The position numbers and the translations under genes were made by a program. The notes beneath the pieces are model-generated. The model was not told the DNA's origin, made no database searches, and saw only the letters and a list, made by a program, of their open reading frames with translations. This document shows positions 32,737 through 45,060 of a stretch of 64,000 nucleotides of DNA, piece after piece (position 1 is the stretch's first letter; each line of letters opens with the position of its first letter). Origin of the DNA: Haliotis cracherodii (lineage: Eukaryota); the NCBI RefSeq assembly GCF_022045235.1, contig NW_027266275.1, forward strand, positions 28,396,001-28,460,000, given 5' to 3'.

Positions 32737-33900
32737 AACCATGTAGCTGCCTCTTACGACAAGGTTACGACCAGCCTAGGTTGCTCACTGAGGACCTGTG
32801 TTCTTACTCTGACCCTCCGAACCATGTAGCTGCCTCTTACGACAAGGTTACGACCAGCCTAGGTTGCTCACTGAGGACCTGTGTTCTTACTCTGACCCCT
32901 GAACCATGTAGCTGCCTCTTACGACAAGGTTACGACCAGCCTAGGTTGCTCACTGGGGACCTGTGTTCTTACTCTGACCCTCCGAACCATGTAGCTGCCT
33001 CTTAGTCTTACGACAAGGTTACGACCAGCCTAGGTTGCTCACTGGGGACCTATGTTCTTACTCTGACCCTCCGAACCATGTAGTTGCCTCTTACGACAAG
33101 GTTACGACCAGCCTAGGTTGCTCACTGGGGACCTATGTTCTTACTCTGACCCTTCGAACCATGTAGTTGCCTCTTACGACAAGGTTACGACCAGCCTAGG
33201 TTGCTCACTGGGGACCTGTGTTCTTACTCTGACCCTCTGAACCATGTAGTTGCCTCTTACGACAAGGTTACGACCAGCCTAGGTTGCTCACTGGGGACCT
33301 GTGTTCTTACTCTGACCCTTCGAACCATGTAGCTGCCTCTTACGACAAGGTTATGACCAGCCTAGGTTGCTCACTGGGGACCTGTGTTCTTACTCTGACC
33401 CTTCGAACCATGTAGCTGCCTCTTACGACAAGGTTACAACCAGCCTAGGTTGCTCACTGCGGACCTATGTTCTTACTCTGACTTTCTGAACCATGTAGCT
33501 GCCTCTTACGACAAGGTTACGACCAGCCTAGGTTGCTCACTGGGGACCTATGTTCTTACTCTGACCCCTGAACCATGTAGCTGCCTCTTACGACAAGGTT
33601 ACGACCAGCCTAGGTTGCTCACTGTGGACCTATGTTCTTACTCTGACCTTCTGAACCATGTAGCTGCCTCTTACGACAAGGTTACGACCAGCCTAGGTTG
33701 CTCACTGTGGACCTATGTTCTTACTCTGACCCCCTGAACCATGTAGCTGCCTCTTTCGACAAGGTTACGACCAGCCAAGGTTGCTCACTGTGGACCTATG
33801 TTCCTACTCTGACCCTCCGAAGCATGTAGCTGCCTCTTAGTCTTACGACAAGGTTACGACCAGCCAAGGTTGCTCACTGGGAACCTATGTTCTTACTCTT
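32737..33900. repeat. Minisatellite, ~82-83 bp unit, about 14 copies, derived from the 5' part of SINE family A
   Basis: Unit GAACCATGTAGCTGCCTCTTACGACAAGGTTACGACCAGCCTAGGTTGCTCACTGGGGACCTGTGTTCTTACTCTGACCCTCC. Its reverse complement contains CTTGTCGTAAGAGGC, as in family A at 44860-44875. Confidence 0.95.
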
Positions 33901-34914
33901 AATCCAAACGGGTGTGGTAGTAAAGTTTCATTGATTGATTTTATTAGATGATTGGCTACCCTGTAATGATGCAGTGATTGATTGTACCAGGTATGTCTCC
34001 TCAACATGTGTGGGTGGAAGCGAGCTCCAGCTCACAAGCCTTGCCATTTCATCTATGTTTAACGTATCCTGGTGGCTGATAAACTTCAAATCTCATTTCA
34101 TAGTTTTGTGTCAGTGTTTGCATTGTAGACAGTCTGATTTTTACCTATGCTGCGGTATCCATTACTCTTTTTGCTGAGGTCTGATTTATGTGTTTGCAGA
34201 CAACACAGGTTCTTTTGGCGTCATTACAATAGCTAGTTTAATTTTTGTATGACATGGGATACTGGCATGAGATATTTACTTAGAACAAAAGTTGAGTAAG
34301 GTTTTACCAAGTCAATTGTTTACCAGTATTTTTCAAATGCAGCATTCTGAATAGAGTTGGCAAAGTAAAGGTGTCATGTCTGCACAGTCAGTTGTCTTCT
34401 AGCTGAAGCCTATTAACAAATCATTTGAGACATGAACCTTAGATTGCCTGTCAACATCAGTTTGGTTGACTGAAAGGCACACTGTAGTAGTGCAGCAGGT
34501 TGAGAGTTTGGTGCTGACATGTATGAATATTCCATCAGTGTACAGGACAAGTGTAGTACCTCGGAGCCATGTTGATGGTGGGGCAGATGGATCAGACACA
34601 ATAGACTGAGAGGAGATGACACGTCTGATTCCATTCTCCATATTGAAGGGGGCTTATGGAACGAACGTATTGGCATGTGAAATGAATTGAAGGGGTTGCA
34701 TTTATGTCAGAAAGTGACAAAGACTCATGGTAAAATGTCTGATGTATCTGCAGGTGGATTTTACATGTTTTTTTGTTTTTTTTATCAAAGCTGTCCTTGA
34801 CATACCGGTATGCGTATGAATGTTTGTTAATGAAAGACTTAAGCATAAGATAGTTAATCTATTGTTCTTGCATTTTTAAGGTAATGTTAAAATGAATTTG
34901 GAACTTTATATTAC

Positions 34915-35349
34915 TTGGTGTTAAAAATGTGTGTTTGTATTGGAGAGAGATGACAAATGTTTATCTTCAAGTGAGACTGGTGTAAATTGTGTGTTTGTGT
35001 TGGAGTGAGACTACAGTCTGGTGTAAATTGTGTGTTTGTGTTGGAGTGAGACTACAATCTGGTGTAAATTGTGTGTTTGTGTTGGAGTGAGACTACAGTC
35101 TGGTGTAAATTGTGTGTTTGTGTTGGAGTGAGACTACAGAGTCTGGTGTAAATTGTGTGTTTGTGTTGGAGTGAGACTACAGAGTCTGGTGTAAATTGTG
35201 TGTTTGTGTTGGAGTGAGACTACAGAGTCTGGTGTAAATTGTGTGCTTGTGTTGGAGTGAGACTACAGAGTCTGGTGTAAATTGTGTGTTTGTGTTGGAG
35301 TGAGACTACAGAGTCTGGTGTAAATTGTGTGTTTGAGTTGGAGTGAGAC
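34915..35349. repeat. Minisatellite, 41-43 bp unit (CTGGTGTAAATTGTGTGTTTGTGTTGGAGTGAGACTACAGAGT), about 9-10 copies
   Basis: Directly visible tandem repeat. Confidence 0.95.
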
Positions 35350-36177
35350 AAGGGTATTTGTCTATTTGAGGCAAGCCCTGGACCTGATGTAGCGTATGTC
35401 CAGGCTGAGTGACACTGCAGACCAGCCAAAATGTCCATGATTGGTTTTGGCAGGGAGGATAGAGGTAAATTGAATGTTGTCAGATTCATGATTGGCGATA
35501 ATGGAAAATGAACTTGGCTCGGGGAGTCAGTTTTTCACTTGTCGATGTCCTCAAGGGTCAGGTCTTCGTCAGCTTCATGTCATCACGCTCTGGCAGCCAG
35601 CTCTAAGGAAGTACAATAGACATGTTTTCCTGCTGTTTTTCTCAGGAAGTGTTCTGATAATATAAGTAAAAGTGATAAACATAAATATGTCAAGAAAATG
35701 TTCCCTTACTTTCATTAGACATTTCATTTTTTGTGAACACCCGGTGTCATCACTGATTGTCCGTGATCCATTCATGTAATATTCACCGCTAGTATGCCCG
35801 ATGGAATCTGTTTCGGTGGATAGTCAAGACTGGTTATTCTCTGGTGTTAATGTTTATGTTTAGGGTATTCTGGAGCAGGTACGGTACTAACTAGAACAGG
35901 GATTGTGCAGTCCGCTGCAGTGTCTGGCAAAGTGTGAAATCCTTTTCAATGTTTCCATGGTTAACCAACCTTCTTGGTATTAGATATAATCCCAGAAGCT
36001 GATACTGGAATCCTAATTGGAGTTTTGGCAAGCAGTTCGACTTTTAATGAGGATTTCAGTGGGCTCAGTGCCTCTGTGGAGATCGGCCTCTACTGGGATG
36101 CTCCCCACAAGACAGCTCTGCTGCTAAGAGCTTGGCTTCACTAGCTTCACTAGCATCTTGCTGGCTTTGTGGATAAT

Positions 36178-36470
36178 GGTGGCATTCATTCGCTCTAAAA
36201 GGGTGTTACAAAATTAATCTTACCTTATGACTATGTATGGTATGAAAACGGGATATTATGAAATTTTGTCGATTGGATGTGGTAGTGTTGGGTTCACCTT
36301 ATGAAGATCATCTGTTGGCCTGCATTGTATATGGCATTCGTTCGCTCTAAAAGGGTGTTAAAAAATTTATCTTACCTTATGACTATGTATGATGTGAAAA
36401 TGGGATATTATGAATTTTGTCGATTGGTTATGGTAGCGTTGGGTTCCCCTTATGTAGATCATCTCTTGGT
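36178..36470. repeat. Two-copy ~153 bp tandem duplication
   Basis: tggcattc.ttcgctctaaaagggtgtta..cttatg.agatcatct occurs twice. Confidence 0.85.
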
Positions 36471-37290
36471 TGCATTGTTTGTGTCGTTAGGTCATCTGTT
36501 AAACTTTGTCACCAGTAACACAGCTAACCAGTATACGACTTATATCTGTTAGTATTTGTATAGGTAATGATTCTGTCTAGGTTGAGGTTGCTTTTGTATT
36601 TGTTGTCCGTCTCTTGTACCATGAGTCTGTCATAGAAGCTTATAGCCCCTAAAACCAAAAGGGCCGTAGTCCAGTGGCTAGAGTGAGTGGACTGTCAGTG
36701 GTTCCGTCCTCTGGCTGTGTCATACTGCCAGACATTTGAAGATGTCACTCAGCCTGGCCCTGGCAAGGTCGCAATGTATCAGCAATGGTGTCTCTAACCA
36801 ATTTCTTGAAGAATGTGAATTTCATTTTAACCATGTGTGCCTTACTGCAAATGTCACCTTGGTCCATAGTGCAGTATTTCTGCATTATTGATAATACTGT
36901 GACCTTACTTTCAAGAATAAAAAACTTATACATTTTATGTAATTATGTATTTTCGCTGTCTCCACCTGGATTTATGAAACTGGCATTTTTGTATAGGATT
37001 CCACTAATGTTATCTTTTAAACATGAACACAGAAATCCAATCTGATTATATGTTAAATATGAATGCTATAGCAGCCACTTGGAAAATGTCATTTAGCTCA
37101 GCCATTTATGCATATATGATTGTGTAATTTGATATGTATGCAGTAAGCAGGTGGTAGGCAGTTTCTACAAAAAGCTTGTAATTAGCCTGCAATGAACTAT
37201 TCGTTGGCCTTGTGGCTATTGGCTAAGGATTTGCTCAAAAATAATAAAGTCAATTTGTCTCTAAGACCACCACTGTGGTGTATAGGATAG

Positions 37291-37447
37291 CAGAGTTAGA
37301 ATCTAACAGTTTTTGTCCACTAGTCTCTTATAATGATAACATATAGCAAAACCCTTAAAATGGGACAATTTTTACTAGTCCTTAGGATACCTTTACTATT
37401 GGGCAGTTTTGTAAGGACTACAGGACTAGTGCCAATTTCTAACACTG
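37291..37447. mobile_element. Small hAT-like MITE inserted in the head of a tRNA-derived SINE
   Basis: TIRs CAGAGTTAGAA / TTCTAACACTG with a flanking GGATAG duplication (37285-37290 and 37448-37453). The host SINE B-box GGTTCGATACC is at ~37479. A related copy is at ~48765-48925. Confidence 0.75.
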
Positions 37448-38470
37448 GGATAGAGCATTTGCCCGAAGTGCAGGTCAGTGGTTCGATACCCTGACATTGA
37501 GGGTTTGAGTGGGGTATCCATGGTAAACTGCGGCATGATTTCTCAGTGGGCTAGCACAGTAAAACCCGCCTAAGACAGGACGAGTTCATACATGCACATC
37601 ACTATACAAGTGAAGTAATCTTGAATGTGACTTTAAACCATATTTTACCTCACCTATATCTGATGTCCTCGAATCTGGATTTGATTGTTTATTGTTTTTG
37701 TGATACCAAGGTTAACCCTTTATATCCTTCTCGGTCCGTCAGTCTGCCATTATTGATCTGCATGTAGTTATCTGAGCTGTACAGTTGCATGTAGGACTGT
37801 GTTGCTGGGGGACACTTCCTGCCCAAGGGAACCCCTGTCTCTCCCTTCTGAAAAATAATATTTTTGAAAACCTAAATTATACAGTAAGCTTCTGGCACTT
37901 CTTTTCAAACAATGAACCTTTCGACAAACCATTCATTGGGTACCATGTATGTTATTAACAAAGTTGACAGATCTTTTGTGCTGAAGACAAGTGAACATGC
38001 AATGATGGTAGTCCTCATACGAGTCATAGAATAGTAACCTTTGAGTAGTGTTCTGGAAGGCTTTAGACAATTGAATTATTAAGGCTGGTGGTAAATTGTC
38101 ACATTTTCTACATGAAGTGTGTGCCTAATTACAGATCTAGCCATCTATCTCTCTAGTAGGTGTATATAAGCTGACAGTTGGCAGCCGAAAGCTGCTCAAC
38201 ATGTCATCACACTGTTGTCCAACTGGCAAATCTACAAATTGGAACACTGAAGCAAACTATAAAATTATGATTTGGATAGTCAAACAGAAGCAAGTATTTT
38301 TTTTGTCATGTTCATCTCATGTCACTGTAATAGTGGTAGTTCAACTTTACTGTGGAATATATGCATATAATTTTGTCAATTACCATTGTAGCTGATAAGA
38401 AAAAGTCAAGAAAAATATAAAATATTTATTTTTATTTTTGTTGGAGGTGGGGTGTGGGGATGTAGAGATA

Positions 38471-39369
38471 CAGTGATCCCTCGCTATTGGGCTCTTCGAT
38501 AAAGCGCTACCTCGGTTACTACACGCGGTATCGCATGGCTCCCAAAATTTGTGTACACTTTTAATACTGAGAGTTTTACACAGCCGTGATTGTATTGTTG
38601 TTCGTTGTTCATTTGCACATAACGCTTCTCATTGCATAATTAACCGTTTATCGCTGAATGGAGTTCTAATAAACTGTTTGAAAACATCCGCGGCAAGTCC
38701 CGGAAATACGATTGTTCTACTAGTTAACTTTTCACACTATACATCCTTTGATCTTAGGAGCGCATGCATGCAATAAAAGAGAACCACAAGCGAAGTTTAT
38801 TTTCTTAATTAGTGGGCAATCCAATTTGAGGCGACACTGTCAACTCACATGTAGTTGCTGTCACAACACGGCGGTCATTCCTTTTGATTCGGATCAAGTA
38901 ACCATATCAAACCAATTAATCTGGCTTGAATGTGTATCTATATTTGCATGAATGTGTATGAATGCGCATAGTGCTGGTCAAAACTCTCGTTTTCCGTATT
39001 TTAAGCAACATGACCAATCAATGCCACTGAATCACTCTGTACTTGTGTAATGAATTGTGATTGGCTCTTCACTCATAGCGTCTGTTACTACCATTATCGA
39101 TCGATATTTTCATGTAAGTAGACTACATTCACATTGAATGTGACAGTTAAGGCTTGTAAATAATAACAAACGGCGAAAACATAATGGAGATATATTTTTA
39201 CACTATGAACGGTAAACAACTTGTATCATTGCAATGTGCGAGACAAGGCGAAGATCGTGAGATTGGCCGAGCGCGCTCCCCCGCCTCGGCCTCTGTTAAA
39301 CGGCTCATTGTCTATAACGCTCACCAATTATTTGGACCCCATTGGTAGCGTTGTAGCGAGGGACCACTG
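38471..39369. mobile_element. Non-autonomous Tc1/pogo (Tigger-like) element
   Basis: TIRs CAGTGATCCCTCGCTA / TAGCGAGGGACCACTG with TA on both sides. Confidence 0.85.
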
Positions 39370-40911
39370 TACATCATTTATCACCCAAAACTGGCTCCCA
39401 CAGGAGATATCGCTTGGATTAGATCAAGCGGTATCTACACTGTAGATGCAATGAAATAACAGCACAATGCTTTGCAGACCATTGTGATGTCTCTGGTTAC
39501 CATGACGTCACAATCAAATGACATCACTAATGGCTCTGCTACTGAAGCTGTTAGCAGTACTTTTTACACTGAAGACACTGCTAATTACTGTCTACAAATT
39601 GAAAAAGAATGATGTTGGATGATAAATAAAATCTCACCCTCGTGTCATTTGATATCAAATATATCAACACTCGTTGATAAAAGTGATAAACCAGATACCT
39701 GATACTGCAGTAACTTCCTTAGTAACACATGGAATTAGGAAATAACTCAATAACTGTTGCAGCTGATCCACTACCCCCCTCCCCTTTGTTTTTTTATTAA
39801 ACCTTTTGACAATAATCTACTTATCAAAGAAGTTATTCATTTAAAAGTATATCATTTTGAAATATAGAACTTCTTGATGTAATTTAGAACATTTCATGTT
39901 ATTGATTTTCAAGAAATAAATAAAGATTAGAATACTGGTCTATTAGTATTAGAAATTTTAGCAGTCACGGATAAGGTATGTTAGTGCCACCATTGTAATG
40001 ACATCAACGAGTTATATTCCTGATGAGGGAAATACTATGTTGGTAAAATTGGTGATGCAGTGTTGTCTTGCAGTGTCTGTTTAGGAGTCATTAGCCAGGA
40101 TACACACATCCAAACATTGATCCGAAACACGATACACTGCCACATTACACGCTACACCTGTGTGTCTAACAACGCCATTAGTTGTCTCTCTTATAGTGCT
40201 TTGACCAAAGTCAAGGTCACACTTAGGATCATGGAACAAATTCTTAATAAATCATGTTTCTTGTAATGAAAGATACTTCATTTTTGATAAGTTGGGTCCA
40301 GAGGTTCTGTGGTTTTAAGCGAATAGTAGATCTCCATAGATTGCCTATGTATTGAACTGCTTATTTTAATATTTCAAGGACCCTTTATATTTATTCCCGA
40401 ATTTCAAACACTATGAATGATCTTATCCCAATCTCCACCAATGGGTGCTGTTCAACACCAGTTTAAAGGAAAGGGAACCACTTTCAGTTGTGACCAGTGT
40501 TGTCCGTAACAACTCGAAGAAGTAGCTAGTCAGACAGACTATTTCAGTTGTTCTTCTCATCTTGTATCTACTGCAAACAACGACTATCGTCTTGGCACAA
40601 GAAGACAAGTCACACATAAGGTTTGGTGACCATGAATTTCTCAAAGTACCATATTTTGTCTCAAAGTGATGACTTGTTTTCATCTAAGGTATGCTTAATC
40701 TACCAGTTAGGTAGCTGTGTAAGACACAAACTTAGACTAACATCTAGTCTCTGAAATGAGCATATATTACAGAAAAATACAGTTGTTAAATTATCCTGAT
40801 ACTGCAGTAATCTAGACTTGCCAAACATTATAGACTTGCTTGGGCTGTATTGGATATATTTATATGAGGGTCTGTATGACAGACGCGACACAGACTGGAA
40901 CCTGCCTGTTG

Positions 40912-41224
40912 TTGTCCCCTGCCGCGCGAAAGCGCGAAGTGGGGGATATAGTATTCACGACCGTCCGTACGTCCGTCCCAGCTGTTTGTTTCCGCGATAT
41001 CTCAAGAACTAAACACTGGATTGTCTTCATATTTGGAACTATGGTGTCGGTTTTGGTGACCTTGACCCGATTTTCAAGGTCACAGCAGGCAAATCTGCTT
41101 TTGGAGTTGGAAAACGGTGTTGCCGCGATGTCTCAAGAACTAATCGCTGGATTGTCTTCATATTTGGTACTATGGTGTATATACAGGCGGGGGGACATTT
41201 CATCACTTTGTGACACATACTTGT
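40912..41224 (+). mobile_element. Non-autonomous Helentron/DINE-1-like (HINE) element
   Basis: Subterminal IR TGTCCCCTGCCG..GCGGGGGGACA, (CCGT)n microsatellite, two internal ~100 bp core repeats, palindrome GTGACCTTGA..TCAAGGTCAC, 3' hairpin TCACTTTGTGA and T-rich flanks. Confidence 0.7.
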
Positions 41225-42299
41225 TGGGACAGTGTCCAAAGTCTCTCATGACATGGATCAGTTTTCACAATATCAACAATTGCTTTCTCAAGAAACCATG
41301 AAAATATTGAAGTACTGATGTATACTGAACATAAAAAAGGTTAAGGATCATGATTACTTTGGGGAATATTCCTATGAAAAAGCGTCTTCACTTTTAAAAA
41401 TTATCCCACAAATATTCATGACCCCTGACTTTTTTGTTAAAAAAAAATGAAAATGTATATAAGGTTTTATGCCACATATATATGGCATAAAACTATGCCC
41501 TTACCACATGCTTACTTATATACCAAATACCTTTTACCCCTAGCTGTGATGTGCTTACAGGCTTGAGTCAAAGTGGTGTAGTGAAAGGTCTCTCAATGTG
41601 ACATGGCTTATGGCAGTTTGTATCAGAACATTACTTTTTATAGAGCCATTCTGTTACTTCGCAAAATATGACAGCATGAACTTAAAATTAAATAAAAAAG
41701 ATTCTTCCCAGGAAATAGCAATTATATGCAGTCATTTTCTCATATTGCCTCCATTTTGCTAAGAATATTTTATTATCTCCTGCTGCAGGGGGAATCTCTT
41801 CTTAACAGTTATTTGTAGCAACGGATATCAAACAGTTCAATTTAATTTGTTTCTTCTATAAGGAACTAAAATAAATTTTCAAAGCAGTTACATAAACTCA
41901 AATATTTAAATTCTTATATTTTCTTTCACCATTTTCGATCTGGTATTTATGTTGGAATAATTGTTTCTCCACTATTTGGTTAGTTTTTGGTTGCCCACAA
42001 GGATATTGTTATTTGTTTGCTCCAATAATTTGCACATAGTTTTTCATTCAAGGAATTTATTGTTTATAATCACCAGTTTGTCAAATGCATTGATTTTTTA
42101 ATGGGAAGTCAGCATAATTCTTCCTGAGTACAAAGCTGCCTGAGGGAAATATTGATGCATGATTACTTTAATAATTTATTGTGGCTGTACTTCCTGCTGT
42201 GCTTTCCTTGTGTTCTAGGGCCTGGTCATTTATTGTATGGGGTAGGCTGGTGGAATTAGAGGGCATTAGAGACTAGTCTCCTATCAACTGTAGGGACTT

Positions 42300-42458
42300 T
42301 ACGGTAGTCTTGTGGATAGAGCGTTTACTTGTCACTCCAAATGCAAAGGCTCGATTTCAACATCGCTGGAGCACATTTCTGGTGTTCACCGCCGTGATAT
42401 TGTTGGAATATTGCTAAAAGCGACGTAAAACCATACTCACTCACTCACTCACTCACTC
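42300..42458 (+). mobile_element. Short tRNA-derived SINE with (ACTC)n tail
   Basis: Degenerate A and B boxes and the 3' sequence cgccgtgatattgttggaatattgctaaaagcgacgtaaaac. Related copies are at 28991-29120 and 48669-48760. Confidence 0.7.
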
Positions 42459-42921
42459 AACATTGCTGGTTATTCATTTTTTGTGCTCTGTACATCTGAT
42501 TGTTTACCTAAAACTTATATATATTTACCTTACGACAGGTTTGAAAACAGGATTATGTGACTTTGGAAGGCTATATAGAATAACAAAGTCACATTAAGCT
42601 TTAGTCCCTGTGTTATGCAAGGACAATGGCTAACTGCGGTACTATTGAATGCCACTATCACTGACCTGTTACCTCCCTGTCTGTGGTATATGTCAGTGTC
42701 ACACTGTTGCCCACTGGGTCAGTGCTTCAGCTTGCCATGGGGCAATAGATCCTGTTCTGAGAGAAAAATCAGGCAAATTGCTTTTGTGGATAATGAGTAA
42801 ATTGGCTTTAGGAAACTGCTCAAATAAACCTGCAACTGTGCCAGTATGGTGAGTTTATCTGTAGCAGGCTTGATTACAGGTCTTCATAGTGCAGATATTG
42901 CTGTCTACACAGTGTGTAGAA

Positions 42922-43240
42922 GGGTGGGTGGGTGAGTAGTGTAGGTAGGGTGGGATGGTAGTGTAGGTAGGGTGGGATGGTAGTGTAGGTAGGGTGGGAT
43001 GGTAGTGTAGGTAGGGTGGGTAGTGTAGGTAGGGTGGGATGGTAGTGTAGGTAGGGTGGGATGGTAGTGTAGGTAGGGTGGGATGGTAGTGTAGGTAGGG
43101 TGGGTAGTGTAGGTAGGGTGGGATGGTAGTGTAGGTAGGGTGGGTAGTGTAGGTAGGGTGGGATGGTAGTGTAGGTAGGGTGGGTAGTGTAGGTAGGGTG
43201 GGATGGTAGTGTAGGTAGGGTAGGTAGGTAGGAAGGGTAG
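42922..43240. repeat. G-rich tandem repeat (GGTAGTGTAGGTAGGGTGGGAT, 18/22 bp variants)
   Basis: Directly visible. The ORF at 42905-43291 is an artefact of this repeat. Confidence 0.95.
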
Positions 43241-44300
43241 TAAGGCTTGGACTGGTAGCTCGGGTACCGTGGTTACATGGTTAAATGACAATAACAGTAA
43301 TAGTGTAAGTACAATGTGTAAATATTAGGTGATGCTGGCAAAGGAACTTTTTCAGGTTTGTTCAGTTGTATCTATTTTGCATGGTCAGGTCTATTCCCTG
43401 AAACAATTTTTTTTATTGTGGCCTTGTAGACTGCCATGGCTTAAACATATCAGTATTTTGAAGGACAGATTTGAGCATCCTTGTGTGTTTGATTATTATT
43501 GGTAGGATAGAAACTGCCCATGTCATGTCAAATCAGGTTTTACATGTAGGTTAAGCTGATCACTTACGAACCCTTAACATTAGCTCAGACACATTATTCA
43601 ATACATAACAATAACCGTATGAGTATCTATCTTGAGAAGATTGCATTTTAATGGATTCTTTGGAAGCTGAAAGAAGTGGATGTTGGTGTTAATTGAAATA
43701 TTCCTCCAAGTTGACATGTGAGTTCAATCCACTGACAAACCTGACATTTCCATGAACAGTAAACCCTCAAAGTGAACTTGATAACAGAATTGAGGTTGCT
43801 CCTGACAGGTTTTGCTCCATGATATGTAAATGAAGTTTGAAGTCTTTACAGAAATGCCTCTTGCAGGCAAGGGGATCTGTGAAACGTCCTGGGGCATGGA
43901 TGGTTGGCTGTTCTGTATCAAAGTGTCTCCTGAGATTTGATAAAGTTGACAACTATTGATGGTCCTGGTTATTTGGTGCAGCTTTATTGAGGGCTGTTTT
44001 AACAGGAAGAGATTTTATTTTACAAAATCACAACTTTAAATTGTTGTGAATACTTCAGGGAAGCAACCCATTACGCAGTGGTTGAAACAATACATAGAAG
44101 TCCAGGGGCCCCAAATGTCATGACCCTAATGTTGAATGAATGTTAGAATTTGAGGACTTGAGAACTTGGTCCCTAGATTCCAATGCCATAGGAGCAAATC
44201 TCAAGGACCGAGCACCTTCTTTGATACCTCTGTTGCCCATTTTCGGTTTAGGTGATATATTCAGTCCCTCATGAGAGACATGGTCTTTATGTAATTAGGG

Positions 44301-44599
44301 TACCGTATTCGACATAATAAGCGCCCCGGTCTAATAAGCGCCCACGGCGATATTTGCTCATAATATGATATCTTGGCTAGTGAACAATCCCAATTAGCAC
44401 CCCTTCCAATTGATCAATGTACACAAGACTCATGTGTTATATGCACCCTTAATTATGGGCAATGAAATTCTGGAAAAATATATCTTGTCTTACATAAGCA
44501 TAAACCACGATAATTGGTCAAATAATATTCTGATAAGAGCCTCCTATTCCGAATTTTGAGAGCACCCTGGTGCTCGGTATAATACGGTTGAATACGGTA
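44301..44599. mobile_element. pogo/Tigger-like MITE family C (coordinates include the TA TSDs)
   Basis: TA-CCGTATTCGAC..GTTGAATACGG-TA. The body is the reverse complement of 51504-51846. Confidence 0.85.
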
Positions 44600-44794
44600 A
44601 TCATTAATTGTTTGAGTTATATAAACCACACAAATTCAGCAACAGGTTAACAAAGAGTTCCAGTAACGTCATGCTAGAACCAGTCTGTGCCCAAAGCCTT
44701 TGAGACTACTTGCCTAACATGTCTCTTGGCATCAGTTTCAGTTATTTTTAGTTTTATTATGGACTATTATTTGCTCAGCTTACTAGACCAAGCG

Positions 44795-45060
44795 ATCCGT
44801 GAAGATCTGGGATGGAATAGGTCTTCAGCAACTCATGCTTGCCGTAAAAGGTGACTATGCTTGTCGTAAGAGGCGACTAACGGGATCAGGTGGTCAGACT
44901 TGCTGACTTGGTTGATGCATGTCATTGATCCCAATTGCGTGGATCGATGCTCATGATATGAATCACTGGATTGTCTGGTCCAGACTCGATTATTTACAGA
45001 CCGCCATCATAGCTGGAATATTGCTGAGTGCGGTGTTAAACAACCAACCAACCAACCAAC
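44795..45060 (+). mobile_element. SINE-like family A, near full length
   Basis: ccgtgaagatc..cttgtcgtaagaggcgactaa..cactggattgtctggtccagac..gctggaatattgctgagtgcgg with an (AACC)n tail. At least 6 copies occur in the window. Confidence 0.9.
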
